Notes under the pieces: generated by a model
What the model was told of the DNA's origin: nothing
Seen by the model: the letters and a program-made list of their open reading frames with translations, nothing else
The model's database searches: none
Origin: Candidatus Spongiisociaceae bacterium
Lineage (GTDB): Bacteria > Actinomycetota > Acidimicrobiia > Spongiisociales > Spongiisociaceae
NCBI GenBank assembly: GCA_965202665.1
Contig: OZ241841.1
Coordinates: 2,432,001 to 2,496,000, forward strand
Reading direction: 5' to 3'
DNA length: 64,000 nucleotides
Position numbers and translations under genes: made by a program
Shown here: one piece after another, positions 58,789 to 64,000 of the stretch
Numbering within the stretch: the stretch's first letter is position 1
How the letters are laid out: each line of letters opens with the position of its first letter

Positions 58789-59298
58789 TCATCCGGCCAC
58801 CGCTTTCAGTTTGCGCCCCTTCGGTTCGCGGGCCATGGCGATCCTGCCCGATTTGACCATTTCCTGCAGGCCGAACGGGCGGAGCAGATCCACGAAGTCG
58901 TTTATTTTGGAGGGCACGCCCAGCACCTGGAAGGTAATGGAATGGGCCGACACGTCCACGGCGGTGGCGTGGAAAATGTTGGCCAAGGCCATTATTTCGG
59001 CCCGCCGCCCCGGTTCGGCTTTCACCCGCACCAGCATCAGTTCCCGCTCCAAGGTGGTGGCAGGGTCCATCTCGGTGATTTTCACCACGTTGATCAGCTT
59101 GTGCAGTTGCTTTTTCACCTGCTCCAGTTCGGGGGTGTTGACCACCACCGTCATTTTGGACATTCCCGGCTCGGCGGTGGGGCCCACCGCCAGCGAATGG
59201 ATGTTGAACCCGCGCCGGGCCAGCAAGGAGGCCACCCGGGCCAGCACGCCCGGCTTGTTTTCCACCAGCACGCTCAGCACCTGATGGCGTTGCTCCAT
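58789..59298 (-). CDS. ilvN: Acetolactate synthase small subunit
   Basis: LSVLVENKPGVLARV...RRGFNIHSLAVG...KQLHKLINV. Confidence 0.94.
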   Translation of the reverse strand: MEQRHQVLSVLVENKPGVLARVASLLARRGFNIHSLAVGPTAEPGMSKMTVVVNTPELEQVKKQLHKLINVVKITEMDPATTLERELMLVRVKAEPGRRAEIMALANIFHATAVDVSAHSITFQVLGVPSKINDFVDLLRPFGLQEMVKSGRIAMAREPKGRKLKAVAG

Positions 59299-60998
59299 TA
59301 CAGATCCTCCGGTCCGGTTATGATCACGTCGTTGGGGCCCCCGGCGGGCACCATCGGGAACACCATTTCGTCGCGGTCCACTGCGAATTCGGCCACCACC
59401 GGGCGATCGTCGATTTCCAGCATCCGGTTGATGGTCCCCTCCACGTCCTCCGGGCGGTCGGCCCGCAACCCGGCGCATCCCAGGGATTCGGCCAGTTTCA
59501 CGTAGTCGGGGTAGCGGTCGCCCAGGTCGGAGGCGGAAAACCGCCCGTTGTAGAAGAGACGCTGCCATTGGCGCACCATCCCGTGGGCGGCGTTGTTGAA
59601 CAGGGCCACCTTGATGGGGATGTTTTCGGCGGAGGCGGTGAGCAGCTCCTGGAAGGTCATTTGGAAGCATCCGTCCCCGTCGACCGCGATCACCTGGGCG
59701 TCGGGGCGGCCCGCTTTGGCCCCGATGGCGGCCGGCACCGCGAATCCCATCGTCCCCAGCCCGCCCGAGTTGATCCAGCGGCGGGGGGCTTGGAACGGCC
59801 AAAACTGGGAGGCCCACATCTGGTGCTGCCCCACCCCGGACACCACCACCGCCTCCTCGTCGGCCAGCTCCGCCAAGCGGGTGACCACGTACTGCGGCTT
59901 GATCGGGCCGTCCGGCTCCTGTTGGAAGCGCAACGGGTGCTTCTCCTGCCAGCCGCGGATGGAATTCCACCATTTGTCCAAGTCGGGGGCGGGGCGCTCC
60001 CCCCACGCCTCGCACATTTTTTCCAGGATGCGGCGGGCGTCTCCCACCACCGGCACCTCCGCCGCCCGCACTTTGCCTATTTCAGCCGGGTCGATGTCGG
60101 CGTGGATCACTTTGGCGAAGGGGGCGAAAGCCTCCGGGTCGCCGGTCACCCGGTCGTCGAACCGCACCCCGATGGCCACCAACAGGTCGGACTGCTGCAT
60201 GGCGGTGGTGGCCGCGTACAGCCCGTGCATGCCGGGCATGCCGATGGCGCTGGGGTGGCCGTCGGGGATGGCCCCCCGTCCCATGAGGGTGGTGATGACC
60301 GGGATGCCGGTCAGGTCGGCGAAGGCGGTGAGGGCGGCGGCGGCCTCCGCTTTGATGATCCCGCCCCCCACGTACAGCACCGGCCGTTCCGCCCCCTCGA
60401 TCATGCGGATGGCCTCTTTGATGCGCCGGGGGTGGGGCTCGGTGGTCGGTTTGTAGCCGGGCATGGAAATTTCACCCGGGTCCCGCCAGGTGATCTGGGC
60501 GTTGAGCACGTCTTTGGGCACATCCACCAACACCGGGCCGGGGCGGCCGGTGCCCGCCAAGTGGAAGGCCTCGGCCACCGTTTGGGCGATGTGGTTGGCG
60601 TCGGTGACGAAAAAGTTGTGTTTGGTGGCGGGCATGGTGATGCCGGTGGTGTAGGCCTCTTGGAAGGCGTCGTTTCCCACCGCCTGGGTGGGGACCTGCC
60701 CGGTGACGGCCACTATGGGCACCGAATCCATCAAAGCGTCGGCCAAAGGGGTGACCAGGTTGGTGGCCCCCGGTCCGGAGGTGGCGATGGCCACCCCCAC
60801 CCGGCCGGTGGCCCAGGCGTAGCCTTCCGCCATATGGCCGGCGCCCTGCTCGTGCCGGGCCAGGATGTGACGGAATTCAGCGTCCAGGATGGGGTCGTAG
60901 GCGGGGAGGATGGCCCCCCCCGGGACGCCGAACGCCACTTCCGTCCCCTGTTGTTCAATCGCTTTGATGAGGGCCTGGGCGCCGGTGATGGTGGCCAT
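59298..60998 (-). CDS. ilvB: Acetolactate synthase large subunit
   Basis: FGVPGGAILP, RHEQGA, TSGPGATN, VGQHQMW, GDGCFQM. Confidence 0.95.
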   Translation of the reverse strand: MATITGAQALIKAIEQQGTEVAFGVPGGAILPAYDPILDAEFRHILARHEQGAGHMAEGYAWATGRVGVAIATSGPGATNLVTPLADALMDSVPIVAVTGQVPTQAVGNDAFQEAYTTGITMPATKHNFFVTDANHIAQTVAEAFHLAGTGRPGPVLVDVPKDVLNAQITWRDPGEISMPGYKPTTEPHPRRIKEAIRMIEGAERPVLYVGGGIIKAEAAAALTAFADLTGIPVITTLMGRGAIPDGHPSAIGMPGMHGLYAATTAMQQSDLLVAIGVRFDDRVTGDPEAFAPFAKVIHADIDPAEIGKVRAAEVPVVGDARRILEKMCEAWGERPAPDLDKWWNSIRGWQEKHPLRFQQEPDGPIKPQYVVTRLAELADEEAVVVSGVGQHQMWASQFWPFQAPRRWINSGGLGTMGFAVPAAIGAKAGRPDAQVIAVDGDGCFQMTFQELLTASAENIPIKVALFNNAAHGMVRQWQRLFYNGRFSASDLGDRYPDYVKLAESLGCAGLRADRPEDVEGTINRMLEIDDRPVVAEFAVDRDEMVFPMVPAGGPNDVIITGPEDL

Positions 60999-61063
60999 TT
61001 TCTTTCCTTGTCGGTTCTGTTCGGGGGGTTGCCGTTGCTTGTCTTGTCCGGGGAAATCTAATC

Positions 61064-61091
61064 AAAATAAAAGCCCCCCGTTCGGGAGGCT
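61064..61091 (-). terminator. Attenuator terminator in the ilvB leader
   Basis: Minus strand AGCCTCCC-GAAC-GGGGGGCT followed by TTTATTTT. Confidence 0.75.
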
Positions 61092-61128
61092 GATGCGCAC
61101 GCGCCGTTTGCCCGGCGGCGTGCGCCTT

Positions 61129-61158
61129 CTAAAGTACCAGGGTTTGGTCGATCCGCAT
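61129..61158 (-). CDS. Putative ilvB leader peptide MRIDQTLVL
   Basis: ATG CGG ATC GAC CAA ACC CTG GTA CTT TAG; contains Ile/Leu/Val codons and precedes hairpins and the terminator. Confidence 0.7.
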   Translation of the reverse strand: MRIDQTLVL

Positions 61159-61164
61159 GGGGAT

Positions 61165-61193
61165 ATTATGAAATATCGGCGGCGATTTGTCAA
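61165..61193 (-). promoter_or_regulatory. Promoter of the ilvBNC-leuAB operon
   Basis: TTGACA-N17-CATAAT, 6 nt before the leader ATG. Confidence 0.8.
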
Positions 61194-61246
61194 GTTGCGG
61201 GCGGCGGGCGGCGCGTTACCCGTCCGGAGGTCGGTATGATAGGGCT

Positions 61247-62566
61247 ATGGAACGTTTCTCATCCGACCGATTAGTCCAAGTAATCAACCTGGCGCGCGAA
61301 GTTTTGCATGACTTGGAGCCGGGCGAAGTGCCCCATCCGTTGCGCAAGGTGCGGGCCGCCACCGGCCGCAAACTGCCCGCCCCGCTGGCGCGTCTTCTGT
61401 TGCGGGAGTTGAACACCGACGAGTGGTTGCGGGAAAAAGTGGCGGAGAAGTTCGAAGGGGAGGCGGATTCCTCCGACAGCCAGGAGGCGGCGGCCGCCCT
61501 TTTCCTGTTGCGTCCGTCGGGCTGGGAGGAGCGCCTGGCCGACGCGGGGCGGGCGGCGGTGGAGGAAGCCGAGTCGCAGGCCGTGGCCGCCTTGCGCAAA
61601 AAGGCGGCCGGGCTGGAAAAAGAGCTGGCGGCCGCCCACGACAAGGAGAAGGGGCTGCGCAAGCGGGTGGAGCAGGCCCGGTCGGAGACCCCCCGCAAGG
61701 TGAAGGAGGCGCGGGAGGCGGCCTACCGGGATCGGGACGCCAACCTGCAGGCCATCCAAAACATGAAGAAGGAGCAACGGGACATGGCGGCCCGGTTGCA
61801 GGCCAAAGAAGCCAAATTGGCGGAGGCGCAGGAGCGGCTGGCCGTCACCCGCGAAGAGTTGCTCAAGGAACGGCAGAAGGAGCATCACGAGGAGGCCAGT
61901 TTCGGGATCAACCCGTGGGGGGATCACGATGAACTGGGGCGGGCCCGGATTTTGGACGAAGTGTCCACCGCCTTTTTGCCCCCGTCGGAGTTCGACGAGG
62001 AGATGCTGTACGGGGACGGCCGGGGGAAACCGGAGCTGCCCGGGTTGCCGCCCGGCGTCAACCCGGAGAAACGGGAGGCGGTGGAGTGGCTGCTGACCCG
62101 TCCCGAGCCGTACGCGTTGCTGGTGGACGGCTACAACCTGGCTTTCAAAATTCACAGCCTCCGTTCCGATGACCCAGACATTCAGATGATCTCCGACCTG
62201 CCCAAGGCCCGGCGGCAGGTGGACGCCTGGCTGGCCCGTTTCCGCCGCAAGGCGGCCAACTGGCCGCAGGTGGTGGTGGTGTACGACTCGCGGGCCACCA
62301 GCGACCTGAACTCCTATCACGGCCACGGCGGAATTCAAGTGAAATTCACCGCCCAGGGGCTGACCGCCGACCGGTGGCTGCTGGACATGGCCATCGAGAT
62401 GGGCAAACGTTCGGTGGTGATTTCCAGCGACCGGGAAGTGCGGGAGGGGGCCATGGACGCCGGGGGTTTGGCCCTGTGGAGCGAAGCCATGGCCGCCTGG
62501 ATGCTGGATCTGAAACCGGGGGCCACCATCCGCTACGGCCCCTACGGGCCCACCCGCCTGGCCTAA
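61247..62566 (+). CDS. Coiled-coil protein with C-terminal NYN (YacP-like) RNase domain
   Basis: LLVDGYNL...VVVVYD...TADRW...VISSDREV; TATGAT 6 nt before the ATG. Confidence 0.8.
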   Translation: MERFSSDRLVQVINLAREVLHDLEPGEVPHPLRKVRAATGRKLPAPLARLLLRELNTDEWLREKVAEKFEGEADSSDSQEAAAALFLLRPSGWEERLADAGRAAVEEAESQAVAALRKKAAGLEKELAAAHDKEKGLRKRVEQARSETPRKVKEAREAAYRDRDANLQAIQNMKKEQRDMAARLQAKEAKLAEAQERLAVTREELLKERQKEHHEEASFGINPWGDHDELGRARILDEVSTAFLPPSEFDEEMLYGDGRGKPELPGLPPGVNPEKREAVEWLLTRPEPYALLVDGYNLAFKIHSLRSDDPDIQMISDLPKARRQVDAWLARFRRKAANWPQVVVVYDSRATSDLNSYHGHGGIQVKFTAQGLTADRWLLDMAIEMGKRSVVISSDREVREGAMDAGGLALWSEAMAAWMLDLKPGATIRYGPYGPTRLA

Positions 62567-62605
62567 GCTCCGTCCGGTTTTCTTGCTAAGTCAGGGGGCG
62601 GGGGG

Positions 62606-64000
62606 TCAGCCGTCGGTTACGCAGCCCCGGCTGGCCGAGTCGACGGTGCGGATGTATTTGGCGAGGGCGCCCCGGGCGGCGGCCGGGGGAGGGGCGGCCC
62701 ATCGCCCGCGGCGGGCGGCCAGTTCCTCCTCGGAGACGCGCAGGGTAATGGCGCGCTCGGCGACGTCGATGGAAATGACGTCCCCCCGTTCCACCAAGGC
62801 GATGGGGCCGCCCTCTTGGGCCTCGGGGGTGATGTGCCCGATCAGGAAGCCGTGCGAGCCCCCGGAAAAGCGCCCGTCGGTGATGAGGGCCGTCTCCTGT
62901 CCCAGCCCGGCCCCCATAATGGCCGCGGTGGGGGTGAGCATTTCCGGCATTCCGGGGCCGCCTTTGGGACCTTCGTAGCGGATGACGATCACCGAACCGG
63001 GGCCGATCTCGCCCCGTTCCAAAGCCCGCAGCATCTCCTCCTCTCGGTCGTAGGGGAGGGCGGTTCCGGTGAAGGCCGTGCCCTCCTTGCCGGTGATTTT
63101 GGCCACCGCCCCCTCCGGGGCCAGGTTGCCCCGCAGAATCTGCAGATGGCCGGTTTCCTTGATGGGATCGTCCCACGGCCCCACCACCCGCCCCCCGTCG
63201 CTCAGGCCGGGGACCTCCGCCAAATTCTCGGCCAAGGTGCGTCCGGTGACGGTCAGGCAGTCCCCCCGGAGGCGTCCCCGTTCCAGCAGCATTTTCAGCA
63301 CCGCGGGCACGCCGCCCACTTGGTGCAGGTCGGCCATCACGTGCTTGCCGGAGGGTTTCAGGTCGGCCAGATAGGGGGTGCGGTCGCTGATCTTCTGGAA
63401 GTCGTCGATGGCCAGGTCCACTTCCGCCGCATGGGCCATGGCCAGCAGATGCAGCACGGCGTTGGTGGAGCCGCCCAGCGCCATGACCAGGGTGATGGCG
63501 TTGTCAAAGGCCTCCCGGGTCATGATGTCCCGGGGTTTGATGTCTTCTTCCAGCAAGCGCCGTACGGCAGCCCCGGCCGCCCGGCATTCGGTCTCCTTGC
63601 CGGGGTCTTCGGCCGGGGTGGAGGAGGAGAAGGGCAGGCTCATCCCCATGGCTTCGATGGCGGAGGCCATGGTGTTGGCGGTGTACATCCCCCCGCAGGC
63701 CCCCGCCCCCGGGCAGGCGCGGCGCACGATGTCCAGGCGGGCTTCATCGTCCAAACGGCCGGCGATCATCTCCCCGTAGGACTGGAAGGCGTTTACCAGG
63801 TCGATGGGGTTTCCGTCCCGGTCCCGGCCCGGTTGGATGGTTCCGCCGTAAATCATCAGGGAGGGACGGTTGAGGCGGGCCATGGCCATCACCGAACCGG
63901 GCATGTTTTTGTCGCAACCGGGAATGGAAACGTTGGCGTCGTACCATTGGGCGCTCATCACCGTTTCGATGGAGTCGGCGATCAGGTCCCGGGACTGGAG
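62606..64000 (-). CDS. ilvD: Dihydroxy-acid dehydratase (5' end outside the window)
   Basis: [46 protein letters not shown]. Confidence 0.96.
   Translation of the reverse strand, partial: LQSRDLIADSIETVMSAQWYDANVSIPGCDKNMPGSVMAMARLNRPSLMIYGGTIQPGRDRDGNPIDLVNAFQSYGEMIAGRLDDEARLDIVRRACPGAGACGGMYTANTMASAIEAMGMSLPFSSSTPAEDPGKETECRAAGAAVRRLLEEDIKPRDIMTREAFDNAITLVMALGGSTNAVLHLLAMAHAAEVDLAIDDFQKISDRTPYLADLKPSGKHVMADLHQVGGVPAVLKMLLERGRLRGDCLTVTGRTLAENLAEVPGLSDGGRVVGPWDDPIKETGHLQILRGNLAPEGAVAKITGKEGTAFTGTALPYDREEEMLRALERGEIGPGSVIVIRYEGPKGGPGMPEMLTPTAAIMGAGLGQETALITDGRFSGGSHGFLIGHITPEAQEGGPIALVERGDVISIDVAERAITLRVSEEELAARRGRWAAPPPAAARGALAKYIRTVDSASRGCVTDG

Overview
High-GC bacterial chromosome segment. 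Gene content, TANNNT leaderless promoters and the Cys-containing SLH domains suggest an actinobacterium, probably Acidimicrobiia (inference). Core genes are ilvE, gltX, pgpA, pntA1/A2/B, the ilvB-ilvN-ilvC-leuA-leuB operon with a leader-peptide attenuator, ilvD, four intact tRNAs and a 5'-truncated tRNA-Ser. They are interleaved with accessory DNA: a partial ABC/AAA ATPase, a DUF4011 helicase-nuclease, Fic, a type III RM system whose mod gene is frameshifted at two poly-C tracts, a DUF222-HNH gene, IS481 and ISL3 remnants bracketed by a three-copy promoter-like repeat, and a ~4,470-aa SLH-anchored repeat protein with a G12 tract in its promoter spacer. Also present are a type II RM pair, three J-domain membrane proteins and two GIY-YIG/RAMA-like nucleases. 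The most unusual element (39.4-43.1 kb) is a tandem array of a PIN toxin/antitoxin-like cassette: five intact antitoxin-like genes built from combinatorially shuffled N- and C-terminal alleles, but only one intact PIN gene. All family assignments come from motif recognition by eye; no database search was run.
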